Assembly: GCA_964016885.1 (NCBI GenBank)
Contig: OZ024751.1
Coordinates: forward strand, 17,608,001-17,672,000
Source of the DNA: Eledone cirrhosa
Lineage: Eukaryota
Reading direction: 5' to 3'
DNA: 64,000 bases
The position numbers were made by a program, and so were the translations under genes. Positions 27,180 through 39,687 of this stretch are shown piece after piece; the stretch's first letter is position 1; each line of letters starts with the position of its first letter. Under the pieces are notes generated by a model. The model did not search any database. It saw only the letters and a program-made list of their open reading frames with translations, and was not told where the DNA came from.

Positions 27180-27790
27180 AATCAGCTCCTGCAATCCTTG
27201 TACCTAATCCAGCCCATTGTCTTCTATAAATCGTAAATATAATCCCCAAAATCCTTGAACCTCTCCACCTGCTTCAGTAGAAGGGCAGTCACATTTAGAG
27301 TGCACTGCACAGGCCTCCATAAGAAGATAAGTGTCTCAGTCTTCACAGGATTGGTTTTCAGTGCTGTCGTATAGCACTCGGAGGTAAAGCTATCAGGTGC
27401 CTGTCGAAGATCACCTTCTGACGACTGATGTAATACCATATCGTTTGCAAATTGCAGCCGACTGATTCTACATTCACCAATCCTGATACCACAACGAACC
27501 CGGCTGCGCATGTCAGTCCAGATCACGAAGACTATGGACAAGAGAGATGACAGTACGCAGCCTTCGCAGAGTCCAACGCCTACATTGTATAGTTTCGGCC
27601 TAGCATTATTTATCCGAACAAAATTACTAAGGTATACATAAAGAGACATCAGGGCAACAGGAATCGGTCCATCGATCCCATACTCATCCAGAACCTTCCC
27701 CAAAATGTCCGGCGAAACGCAGTCATATTCTTTTTTTCCAAGTCTAACAAACAAGTAGTACAGTTCATACGAAGCATTGTGAGATGTGTA
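27180..27790 (-). pseudogene. Decayed RTE-clade reverse transcriptase fragment
   Basis: ORF 27224-27754 contains K.YDCV, VGVGLCEGCVLSSLL (GL.QGC.LSP) and LQFANDMVL (FADD). Confidence 0.85.
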
Positions 27791-28475
27791 ATAAAAGACA
27801 AATAATTTTCAAAAAGCCGGAACAATGCGGTAGAAAATATAAGGGGAAACTTATGACAAATAAAATAAAATAAATAATGTTTCACCCAATATATTTCAAC
27901 ATAATATTTCAGGGCTAAAACCCTCTTTTGAAGCAAAAGGAATGATCGATGTGTTCTTCATTAACTGGCTAACGTGTCTTTTTACCTGTTGATGATAATG
28001 GTCTATTTGATTTTTAAATTGATTATATTCCTTCCCGTCACCTCTATGGAAACCTCAATGTTTTGGCAGTGTCATCTGTTTAGATGTTTTTTTTTAAAGA
28101 AGCTCTCGTCGTCATGATTCGTATGTACAACATCTAGATGTATGACCAGCTATGTGTATTTACATCTGACCTTATATAACACATACGCTCTCATGCACAT
28201 TTCTACGTTGTTGATAACATAATTAGGAAGTGACCATATATCGTTTGAAAAGACGGTGGTAGACTTCAAATATCACATTGAAATGTACTTTGTTTTGTTT
28301 TATTTGGAGAGAGATAGAGGGCGGGGGGTAGAAATCTTATAGTGAGGCCCAGCGGTTTCGGCGTAGCTTCCTCTATACCACTCCGCTTCTCCCCATGCAT
28401 AGAATACTCCGCGGATGTGTGGTCTCCCTGCAGAATCTCTCTCTATCTATCTCTCTCTATCTATCTATCTCTATC

Positions 28476-28596
<121 letters not shown>

Positions 28597-28600
28597 ATAC

Positions 28601-29131
28601 ATTGATAAAAAGATTGGAGACCATATTCAGTTGATTGAGGTTTATTTAAAACTCTGTTATATATATTTCACTGAGGACTGTCAGTTATGGTAGCCTCAGC
28701 TCTTCAGACGGCAAAACCTATCACAAACATTGAAAGTTCCTAAGAAACCTGATACAGGAGCCGGCCGTCGAAGAAACAACACCACACGTTCGGCCAGCCC
28801 TCTGTATCATAAAAAGAACATTTTTTTCGGGTAAATTATTGGATTTTTCCAAATTTAAAGGTTTCTAAGGAACTTTCAATGTTTATTTTAGGTTTTGCCG
28901 TCTGAAGAGCTCAGCTTATCATAACTGATAGTCCTCAGTGAAATAATGGAGTATAATGGAGTATTAAATAAGCCTCATTCAACTGAATATGGCCTCCGAT
29001 CTTTTATCAATATATGATGCTCCGACTTGCACCATTTATACAGGTCGTTGAGCGCTTCTTTTTATCTGCTTCACAGACGACTGACCATAATATGGTCCTC
29101 ATATCTCTTTTGGGTTAACCCAATGCTCTAA
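28601..29131 (+). mobile_element. Penelope-like pLTR fragment with 5' inverted arm
   Basis: Arms 28601-28750/28859-29011, HHR motifs in both, (TA)n on both sides. Confidence 0.8.
28654..28711 (-). ncRNA. Type-I hammerhead ribozyme (the plus-arm copy at 28898-28949 has lost stem III)
   Basis: Minus strand: ccgt-CTGAAGA-GCTGAGGctaccataactgacagtCCTCAGT-GAAATATATATA-acag. Confidence 0.65.
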
Positions 29132-29210
29132 TATATATATATATGACTGCTAATACTGGAATTGAACCATCAAAACCGTTGAGGTATGTCATACATCAAT
29201 TCATGTATTT

Positions 29211-29266
29211 TATCTGACGAGGACGTACTGAAAAAACAGCACACTATCTTCGAAATATATATAATA
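29211..29266 (+). ncRNA. Type-I hammerhead ribozyme
   Basis: tat-CTGACGA-ggacgtactgaaaaaacagcacactatcttc-GAAATATATATA-ata; stems are weak. Confidence 0.55.
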
Positions 29267-29373
29267 TATTTTGATTATGTGAATGTCTTCATTTATTAAT
29301 ATTTTGAATAATATTATAGTATTGAGTACTTTGGTGCGTTATGGTCCATCCGGTTCCTTACCACAATTCCTTC

Positions 29374-29436
<63 letters not shown>

Positions 29437-30087
29437 TCAAGCTTTAGCAAATAGGCAAACATTTTAAAAATAAATTAAAAAAAATTTACTGTACTTACTA
29501 TATTTACCCTTACCGCGCGGTTTCAAGTCTCCAAATAAATGGATAATCCATGCGGACCACCATTGAGAAGGAGACTTTCGTCAGAGGGTTCGTCTCACTC
29601 GGAGAATATAACATTCCCGAGTTCAAATCACGAACTGGCGCCATACCGAACTGTTCCAGGATGAGAATGTATGATAAAGAAACAATCTTGTCTAGTGCCG
29701 TGTGTAAAGATAGAAGGCAAGGGCGGAAAGGTCAATGTCCTGCCACTAGAAATAGCAGCAGTTAAAACGACCAAAATGTTATCTCGACCTTAGGGGATTA
29801 ATAATAATAAAGTATGTTTTCCTACCAGCAAAAGATGCCTAACAAATTAACGAGCCAGAACGTAATTTCTATGGACTAAGAGGAAAGACTAGGTAAATTT
29901 TATCTGGCTGTTCCTCACAGAGAAAAGTGTGTAACTTTTATATGTTATTTCTTCTAAGTTACATTTTAAACTTAGCTGCGTTTAAATGATTATTTATCTG
30001 GTTGATAACTACGGCCTAAGGAGCAAAAGTATTGGATAAGTTTTGTGAATGTTCCTCAAACTTATAATTTTATATATATATATTTAT

Positions 30088-30203
<116 letters not shown>

Positions 30204-30280
30204 CAAATTTATACGGGAACAAAACAGATAGGCAGACAAATAAAGGTTTATTAGGTTCACACTTTTGAGAGTGTGATGCG

Positions 30281-30450
30281 TGAAGGCGTGTGGCTGAGTG
30301 GTTAGAGAACTGGATTCACAATCGTGAGATATTGAGTTCGATTCCCGGACCGGGCGATGCGTTATGTCCTTGAGCAAGACACTTTATTTCACGTTGCTCC
30401 TTCTACCTGGAGTTGCGACCGATAGATAGTACTAGCAACTGGAAAGACCA
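30281..30450 (+). mobile_element. SINE family B, subfamily with the TTCTACCTGGAGTTGCGACCG tail
   Basis: A-box TGGCTGAGTGG, B-box GTTCGATTCC, CORE-like GTCCTTGAGCAAGACACTT. Confidence 0.8.
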
Positions 30451-31151
30451 TATGATATATATGTGTGTGTGTGTGTGTGTGCGTGCATATCCTTTGTTAA
30501 ATCGCGATGCGGCGTGTGTTTGGGGATAAAAGCGAAGTGAGGTGCGGTACGTTAAATGTTGTAAAACACTACATTAGATATAAAAGGTTACGAGTATATG
30601 CACACAGTCTACGTGGCGTCCAAGGGAGACAATTTCTGCGGAATACAGGAGTTACTGCACTTGCTTATATATAAGCGCGCGTGTCTGTGTGTGTATGCAT
30701 GCGTATGTGTATGTGTGCGTGTGTATGTATGCGTGTAGGTGAGGATAGTTATATCTATTTACACGTGTTTAGTACATAGAAGCTATTTCTATATTAAATA
30801 TTTATACTCTGCTATGTATTGAGTACCTTACTTACTGTGGTTACCTCCGATTGAACTCGGAATACACACACACACACACACACACATACACCCACACACT
30901 CACACACACTCACATATACACACATCCAGACACACACACCACACCACAGACACACAGACACACACATATACCCACCCACTCACACACACACACACACATA
31001 TATACCCACACATTCATATATACACACGCACACAACACCATCCTGTCTTATATTCAGGAATGGTGTATCTAGGAATACATTACGTAATGTGCGCTTTCTT
31101 TTCCTCAAGTTGAGCTCTCTTTTGCCCAAATTTTATTCTCTTTCTTTTCGT

Positions 31152-31196
31152 TTAGGGTTAGCGTTAGGGTTAGGGTTAGGGTTAGGGTTAGGGTTA
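31152..31196 (+). repeat. Interstitial telomeric repeat (TTAGGG)7
   Basis: Seven units, one of them the variant TTAGCG. Confidence 0.85.
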
Positions 31197-31479
31197 CAGT
31201 TCGGTTCATCCAAGCCTTATTCTATAGAACTATATTTGGCCAATTGTGGTGTCCCAGCTATGACTAACTCTTTTTTCTAAGACCATATTAAGGCAAATAG
31301 CTTTTCTTTTTAAAGATAGTAGAGTATAATTTGGAAGCTATTACTTGCAGATCCAATGACTGATTAAAAGCTCCCTCATTGCCAAACTGGCATGTGTATG
31401 TAATCTTAACTCCAAGGTCCATCTCCATTCCAGGTCTGATTTTTCCTGGAAAGTGACAGATAGAGAGGGGGGGGGGGTA

Positions 31480-33762
31480 TAGTACTGGTACTGTTTTTTT
31501 TCTTTATCGAACTCGAACGGATGAATGACAAAGGCGACCTTGGCGGTATTTGAACTTATTACCCAGAGAGCCAGGGCGGATACTGCAAACCCATAAGAGA
31601 AAGATGTAGTACTGGTACTGTTCTTTCTTTATCGAACTCGAAAGAATGAAGGACAAAGTTGACCTAGGCGATATTTGAACTTAGTACGAAGAGGGCCGGA
31701 CTGGATACCACCAAGTCATTAATCTGACGTTCTAACAACTCTAATTTACCGCCTCAAAATATGGTGTGGACCATACACCAACAGCAAAGGAGATTAAAGT
31801 CGAGATCAGTCCGACTTGTTCCAATAATAGTGTATCAAGAACAAGATTATCCAATATCACCTTCCTTATAATTAATTGTTTCTACTTTAGGCACAAGGCC
31901 AGCAAATACCCAGTGTATTACTGGTACTTTATTTTATCGACCCCCCTAAGGATGAAAGGCAAAGTAAACCTCGGCGGGATTTGAACTCAGACTGTAAAGG
32001 GACATAACTATATCACCTTCCTTATAATTAATGGTTTCTTATATAGACACAATCCACAATCCACCCTCCATGGTTGTATCTAAATAGTCGTTTCTGGTTT
32101 AGGCACAAGGCCAACATATTTTGGGAGAAAAGGAAAGTCGATAAAATCGACCTCAGTGCATTACTGGTGCTTAATTTTGTTGAACCTGTAAAGATGAACG
32201 GCAAAGCTAACAAAGCGGTATTTGAACGCAGAACGTAAAGGACCATAACTTTATGCCGTATAGCATATAGTCCAAATATCTACCGATGCTGACAATTCAC
32301 CACCCATGGTTATATTTAAATATTGGTTTCTAACTTAGACACAAGGTCAACAATTTTGTGGGAGGGGGAAATTTGATTAAATCGACCCCATTGTATTACT
32401 GGTACTTTATTTTATCGACCCCGTAAGGATGAAAGGCAAAGTTAACATTCGCGAAATTTAAACGCAGAACGTAAAGGGCCATAACTATATGCCACAAAGC
32501 ATATGGTCCGAAGATCTACGGATACTGCCAATCGTTGTATGTAAATAGTGGTTTCTGGTTTATGCACAAGGCCAACATTTTTTGGGGAAAGGGAAAGTCG
32601 ATTAAATTGACCCCAGTGCGTTACTGGTACTTTATTTTATCGACCCCGTATGGATGAAAGACAGCTAACATTTTCGGGATTGAACGCAAAGGGCCATAAC
32701 TATATGCCGCAAAGCATATAGTCCAAAGATGTACCGATACAGCCAATACACCGCCCTATTGTACTTAAATAACAGTTTCTTATATAGGCCATCAATTTTG
32801 TGGGAGGGGAAAGTGGATTAAATCGAGCCCAGTGCATCACTGGTACTTTATTTTATCGACCCCGTAAGGAGGAAAGACAAAGTTAAACTCGGCGGGATTT
32901 GAACTCAGTTTAATTAAATAATTGCTTCTACTTTTGGCACAAGGCCAGTAATTACCCAGTGTATTACTGGTACTTTATTTTATCGACCCCGTAACGATGA
33001 AAGACAAAGTTAAACTCGGCGGGATTTGAACTCCGACCATAAAAGTCCGTAACTACATGCTGCAAAGCATATTGTCCGACGCTCTACCGATTTTACCAAT
33101 CCATCGCCCTGTTGTACTTAAATAATTGTTTCTTATATAGGCACAAGGCCAGTAATTTGGGGAGAGGGGAAAGTCGATAAAACCGACCCCAGTGCGTGAC
33201 TGGTACTTTATTTTATCGACCCTGTAAGGATGAAAGGCAAAGTTAACCTCGGCGAGATTTGAACTCAGAACGGAAAGAGTCGTAACTCTATGCTACGAAG
33301 CATGGTGTCCGACGCTCCACCGATTCTACCAACCCACCGCCCTGTTGTACTTAAATAATAAAGAGTGAGGAAGGTAGAGTGCATTACTGGTACTTTATTT
33401 TATCGACCCCGTAAGGATGAAAGGCAAAGTTAACCTCGGCGAGATTTGAACTCAGAACGGAAAGAGTCGTAACTCTATGCTACGTACGAAGCATGGTGTC
33501 CGACGCTCCACCGATTCTACCAACCCACCGCCCTGTTGTACTTAAATAATAAAGGGTATAGGAAGGTAGAGTGCATTACTGGTACTTTATTTTATCGACC
33601 CCGTAAGGATGAAAGGCAAAGTTAACCTCGGCGAGATTTGAACTCAGAACGGAAAGAGTCGTAACTCTATGCTACGTACGAAGCATGGTGTCCGACGCTC
33701 CACCGATTCTACCAACCCACCGCCCTGTTGTACTTAAATAATAAAGAGTGAGGAAGGTAGAG
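31480..33762 (-). mobile_element. Head-to-tail array of ~11 SINE family A copies
   Basis: All in the same orientation with a shared spacer GTTGTAYYTAAATA; the last three ~190-bp units are near-identical. Confidence 0.9.
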
Positions 33763-34009
33763 CGTTGATAGAATTAGTTGGTAGGGACAATAGGATATAC
33801 GATAAATTAGGTTGTTTTGATTAATAATCTTTTCCATTTTATTTTATATTTGAAAATTAAAAAAAGAAGAAACTTAAGTGATGCAAAATCAAATAAAAAA
33901 TAGTGATGGCTGATATATTACTATTGTGAATATATAGCACCATTTGAACAGGCGTCATGTATCATAGAACATGGTAAACTCGTCATCTATATAGACAGGG
34001 ATTGAGGGC

Positions 34010-34790
34010 TGTTGTGGTGGGTCGTTGTTCTTGTTGGTCTGGTTATTGGTGTGGTTGTTGTCATTTTTTTATGATGATGCTGGGGTTTTGACGTAGTGGT
34101 TGGTGGTGTTGGCGGCGGTGATGTTTATGTTGCTGGTGGTGTTTGGAGTTTGGAGATGAGGTGGTGGCGGTGGTGGTGGTGGTGGTGGTGGTAGTGGTGG
34201 TGGTGACATTGGTCTTGGTGGTGGTGGTGTTGGGCGTTTGAAGATGAGGTAGTGGTGGTGGTGGTGGTGGTGGTGGTGGTGACATTGGTCTTGGTGGTGG
34301 TGTTGGGAGTTTGGAGATGAGGTAGTGGTGGTGGTGGTGGTGGTGGTGGTGGTGGTGACATTGGTCTTGGTGGTGGTGTTGGGAGTTTGGAGATGAGGTA
34401 GTGGTGGTAGTGGTGGTGGTGGTGGTGGTGGTGGTGGTGATGCTATTTGTCTTGGTGGTGGTGATGGTGATGATGGTGGTGGTGTTGAGAGTGTGGAGTT
34501 GAGGTGGTGGTGGTGCTGCTGCTACTGCTGCTGGTGATGCTGTTGGTGTTGGTGGTGTTGGTGGTGGTGGTGGTGGTGGTGATGCTTTTGGTGGTGGTGT
34601 GGTGATGCTTTTGGTGGTGGTGGTGGTGTTGGTGGTGTTGAGACGGTGGAGTTGAGATGGTGTTGCTACTGCTGTGGTGTTAAGGTGATGGTGGTGCTGG
34701 TGATGGTGGTACTGGTGATGGTGGTGATGGTGATGAGATGGTGATGGTGTTGAGATGGTGAGGGGGTCGTTGATGCGTTCGAGTCGTTAG
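34010..34790. repeat. (GGT/GAT)n-rich tract with embedded ~55-65 bp repeats
   Basis: Unit GACATTGGTCTTGGTGGTGGTGTTGGGAGTTTGGAGATGAGGT repeated several times. Confidence 0.9.
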
Positions 34791-34879
34791 TGTTGTTATT
34801 GTTGTTGTTAATATTAGGGTGGCGATTGTCATTATTCTTGTTAAGGGCTGAAGAATAACGGGTAGATATAACCCCTGAT

Positions 34880-34888
34880 AACAACACC

Positions 34889-34919
<31 letters not shown>

Positions 34920-35181
34920 CCACCACCACCACCACGACCACTACCACCACCACTACCACCACCATTACCAACGGGACCACCAGAACAACCGCCAATACCA
35001 GAGGCACCACAACATCAGCACGATCACCAGCACCACCATCACAAACACCACCACCACCATCACAAACACCACCACCACCATCACCATCACCATCATCAAT
35101 CATCATCACCACCACCACCACCATCATCATCACCTCAATCACCACCATCATCATCATCATCATCATCACCACCACCACCAG

Positions 35182-35213
<32 letters not shown>

Positions 35214-35312
35214 TCACCATCACCACCACCACCACCACTACCACCACCAGCACCACCATCATCAACATCCTCATCATCATCATCACCATCACCCACCACC
35301 TCCACCACCACT

Positions 35313-35364
<52 letters not shown>

Positions 35365-35645
35365 CCACCACCACTACCAACACCAGCACTACCAACATCA
35401 GCAGCATCATATCATCATCATCACCACCACCACCACCATCACCATCACCAATCATCACCACCACCACCACCACCATCATCATCACCTCAATCACCACCAT
35501 CATCATCATCATCATCATCATCACCACCACCAGCACCACCACTACCAACACCAGCAACATCATCATCATCACCCCACCCCCACCACCACCATCATCATCA
35601 TCATCATCATCACCCCACCCCCACCACCACCATCATCATCATCTA
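34880..35645. repeat. (ACC/ATC)n-rich tract
   Basis: Direct reading; opposite polarity to 34010-34790. Confidence 0.9.
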
Positions 35646-35866
35646 CTATATCATCTACTATATCATTTACGTCTGCTAAATATATTTTTACGAATCCGAA
35701 GAAAAACATTTTAAACAACAAATCAAAGAAAGGCATTTGTTGATATATGTTTTGTAGAAATATATTAAGCAAGTATTACTAAAATATATTAAACACACCG
35801 TAACACGTGTATATAGAAACACTACAGCACGTGCCTCATATATATATATACATATATATGCATACA

Positions 35867-35912
<46 letters not shown>

Positions 35913-35940
35913 GCATATATACATATATATACATATATGC

Positions 35941-36003
<63 letters not shown>

Positions 36004-36232
36004 GTATAAATGTATGTATGTATGTGTATACATTAAATATATATATATAATATATATACATATACGTATATAAATATACATACATATATCTATGTGTATA
36101 TATATATACATACATATATAATATATAATATATATATATATGTATGTATGTGTATGTATACATGAATTTAATATATCGCTATATATAACATTTATATCTG
36201 CACGCATATTTGTATGTCTATGCCTGTGATTG

Positions 36233-36361
<129 letters not shown>

Positions 36362-36726
36362 AATCGTATTTTGCGGTTAAATGAAAAATATTCCTGTCAA
36401 TTCAAGGTTGATTGTGAAAATTACAAAAAATGAACTCAGCACGCGCCGTCACTTATTTACGTCAGAAACGCGCACGCGCTCGCAAACACACATGCGCACT
36501 GATGAACACAAACACACACACAGCCACAAGCTCCCCTTTACAGCGTCTCATGTAGTTACGTTGTGTAACTCCTCCATAACGTCTCAATTGTCTTAGTCTA
36601 TCCAACACTTTGATAAAACTCTCTTACTCTTTCCATCAGATCCATCTCACCATTACATCTGCGATTCGTCTTCTTCTACATATAGTACCTTACGCCTCTC
36701 TATCCGATTTTCTGCATTATTTGTCG

Positions 36727-36913
36727 CGGTGGATTGGCAGTATCGGTAGAGGGTCGGACGCCATGCTTTCCAGCATAGTTACGTCCCTTTACGATCTGAG
36801 TTCAAATCCCGCCGAGGTTGACTTTGCCTTTCATCCTTACGGGGTCGATAAAATAAAGTACCAGTAATGCACTGGATAATTGCTGGCCTTGTGCCTAAAG
36901 TAGAAACAATTAT
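36727..36913 (+). mobile_element. SINE family A, near-consensus copy
   Basis: Full head to ATT tail, flanked by the direct repeat attatttgtcg. Confidence 0.9.
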
Positions 36914-37157
36914 TTGTCGGCCATTTTCTTTTCCGTATCTCTTCAAGATATACTAGAATCTTTCTCTAGGTAAATTTAGTTTGGGGTAAATATTAGTTAG
37001 TTAAACTAATAATAATCAAAGTTCAATTTTAAAAGACACACACACACACGCACACACACACACACATGTGTATATATATATATCATCATCGTCATCATTT
37101 TACGTCCGCTTTTTCCCTGCTAACTCTTATTTCCTTTGCTCTTTCTTCGGAATTACC

Positions 37158-37209
<52 letters not shown>

Positions 37210-37239
37210 ATATATATATATATATACGTGTGTGTGTGT

Positions 37240-37460
37240 GAAGGCGTGTGGTTGAGTGGTTAGAGAATTGGATTCACAATCTTGAGGTTGTAAGTTCGAT
37301 TCCTGGACCGAGCGATGCGTTATGTCCTTGAGCAAGACACTTTATTTTACGTTGCTCCTTCTACCTGGAGTTGCGACCGATAGATGGTATTAGCAATTGG
37401 AAATACCGACGTAAACATTGTTTCCTCGATCCGATTTGACGAAAGTCAATCGATCCTCTT
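37240..37460 (+). mobile_element. SINE family B, extended-tail subfamily
   Basis: Matches 30281, 45690 and 62005. Confidence 0.8.
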
Positions 37461-37631
37461 ATATTGGAAAAGAGTCAGGACCCCGACGGCTGAGCTCTGG
37501 CTGTTTCGACAGCTAGATTGAGCTGTCGAAACCCTCGGATATCAGCCATCCGGGTCGGCTCTTTTCCTATTATCCACTATACTATTCTAAGTTATGGCCA
37601 ACCTGGTATCTTTCTTACCACACCCTCTTTG

Positions 37632-37635
<4 letters not shown>
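37461..37635 (+). mobile_element. Fold-back element family P (diverged)
   Basis: TTTCGACAGCT-agattg-AGCTGTCGAAA centre; 3' end cttaccacaccctctttgtta before (TA)n. Confidence 0.65.
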
Positions 37636-37703
<68 letters not shown>

Positions 37704-37897
37704 AGGTATATGATTATCCTGGATGCAGTAATGGTTAATTACTACACTGGATAGAGTTGACGTACGGTGAGGGGTTACTCAACGAGTTATGGAAGAATAG
37801 TTGAAGAAACTCAGTTTCTGATCCTTCTGTATTCCGGAGTGTAGATAAAGAATGAATAATAACAGGTAGACATCATAAAAAGGTAATTTATTCTGTG

Positions 37898-38009
37898 TGC
37901 TTACAAATGTTTCCACAGTGGTTATACAGCCTAGTTATGCTATGTGAAAATGTATAACTATTTGCAAAACTCAATTATCAAATGCTGTGACGACTGTATC
38001 CTCAGAGCA
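37898..38009 (-). ncRNA. Hammerhead ribozyme in the PLE 3' pLTR, 85-nt stem II region
   Basis: Minus strand: tgct-CTGAGGA-tacag...ctgtg-GAAACATTTGTA-agca, followed by AATAAA. Confidence 0.75.
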
Positions 38010-38306
38010 GAATGGTTAAAATGTAAAATGTAAATACCCTTAGGTGAGGTTATTGGGGAAGATAGAGTAGAAAAGGAAGAGAGAAAGAAGGGGAGAGGGA
38101 GAGAGAGAGACATGCAGGGGTTGGAGAAATGGGAGAGAGTGGTTTGTAGAATACAGATATCTTAATCAAACTGTTGTGGTAGGGGTTTTATTATACTGGT
38201 TACTGTTAAAGCGACAACCTTAAGCAATGCGTTGATAGTTAAGGTTGGAATTATTTATTGCCACAGAGGGCAAGTTCATAGATGTGGAGAGGGAGGGAGG
38301 TGGCCC

Positions 38307-38356
<50 letters not shown>

Positions 38357-38601
38357 AATGGCGAGAGAGGGCGAGATAGAGAGAGAACAGACGAAAGCTA
38401 TGGGATGGGTGTACATTGAGTTCATAGTTGTAGGCTACAAATTGCACTAAGTATCCATTTATAGTGATAAGCAGGGTATTGTCTTGTAGTGTGGGGGATA
38501 TAGTTAAGAAGTTGTTATTGAGAGAAAGTAGTTAGCTAGAAAGCAATGTTATAATTACGGGTTCAAATGTTAAGTTATTTTATAGTGGGAGAATTTAGCC
38601 T

Positions 38602-39471
38602 TCAGTTTTGGTTGCAGTATAGTGATCGTTCGATTCTGTCATTTAGTAATTTATTTTTGGATTTTAAGATGTAAAAGAGTTCAAGTTTACATAACCTGCA
38701 GTATTTCAATCCACACCGATATGCACTAGTGCTGGAAAGTATATCCCATTTCAAGGTGAACTGTTGGTTGCGTTCACGGAGTTTCCAGGTCTTGTTGGCG
38801 AGCGTGTTCACAAAACGGTGATTAGGATGTTTAATTGAGAATCGATGACGATACCAGCGAGATTTAAAGGAGGTAGTGGTAGACTCGATGTAATACCATT
38901 TCTGGTCGTTCGATTCAACAGTGCATTGATAAACAATGTTGTACATTAGGCATTTATTCTTCAATGGACATCTTTCAGGTAGGTGGCAGTTGCAGTTTTT
39001 ATTGTGGGTAGCGGGTATACCATGGATAGGTTGGGATAGCAGTACAGGTCGGTTGTGTAATACCCGTCTCCCATTTAGTGGTTGGGAAGCTGATACTACG
39101 TTATGCTCATCTGTTATTAAAATATTTTGTTTTGTAGTGTTGTTTAATTGCTTTAAGTTAAGTTTTTTTATGTATGCTTCAAGGTTTGGTGCAGTGGAGT
39201 ATGATAGCTTAATAGTCTTAGAGTTCACAATTTCACTGTATTTATGGGAACTAGGGAAATACTTGTTGATTAACTTAAAGAATGAAAGAGATAGTTTTGT
39301 ACTAATCGAAGCATTAAAAATGGGATTATACCAGATATACTTTCTACAACGTGATTTATTTGGTGATGATTTTCTATTATTAGTATGTCTGGTGGTACTG
39401 CGTGTGTGCGCTTGTATTTCTGTACCCCGGTTACGTATTCTTTGATTTCGTGTTATGTAGATTCTTATCAA
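38602..39471 (-). pseudogene. PLE linker and GIY-YIG endonuclease domain
   Basis: IWYNPIFN, KLSYS..PNL, CNC-x5-CP-x4-C, IVY...YIEST..FKSRWYRH, LKWDIL, CRLCKLE, LLNDR. YIG is altered to YIE. Confidence 0.9.
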
Positions 39472-39514
39472 TGTATTCTATTGTATCCCGGTGGTCGGCA
39501 TTCCTTAATGCATT

Positions 39515-39687
39515 TGGATTGGCAGTATCGGTAGAGGGTCGGACGCCATAGTTACGTCCCTTTACGATCTGAGTTCAAATCCAGCCGAGGTTGACTTTGC
39601 CTTTCATCCTTACGGGGTCAATAAAATAAAGTACCAGTAATGCACTGGGGAATTGCTGGCCTTGTGCCTAAAGTAGAAACAATTATT
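39515..39687 (+). mobile_element. SINE family A inserted into the PLE ORF
   Basis: Removing it restores AEYYN-NALRNA; ATT at both junctions. Confidence 0.9.

Noticed and set aside
34844-34880. CTGAAGA in the spacer between triplet tracts
   Set aside because: No downstream GAAA, stem III or matching stem I
36727-36830. tRNA gene
   Set aside because: A/B boxes belong to a SINE head with no cloverleaf; the same applies to all family A and B copies
38010-39000. Selenocysteine recoding/SECIS as described for some Naiad PLEs
   Set aside because: Conserved Cys positions are ordinary Cys codons and I saw no convincing SECIS in the 3' UTR
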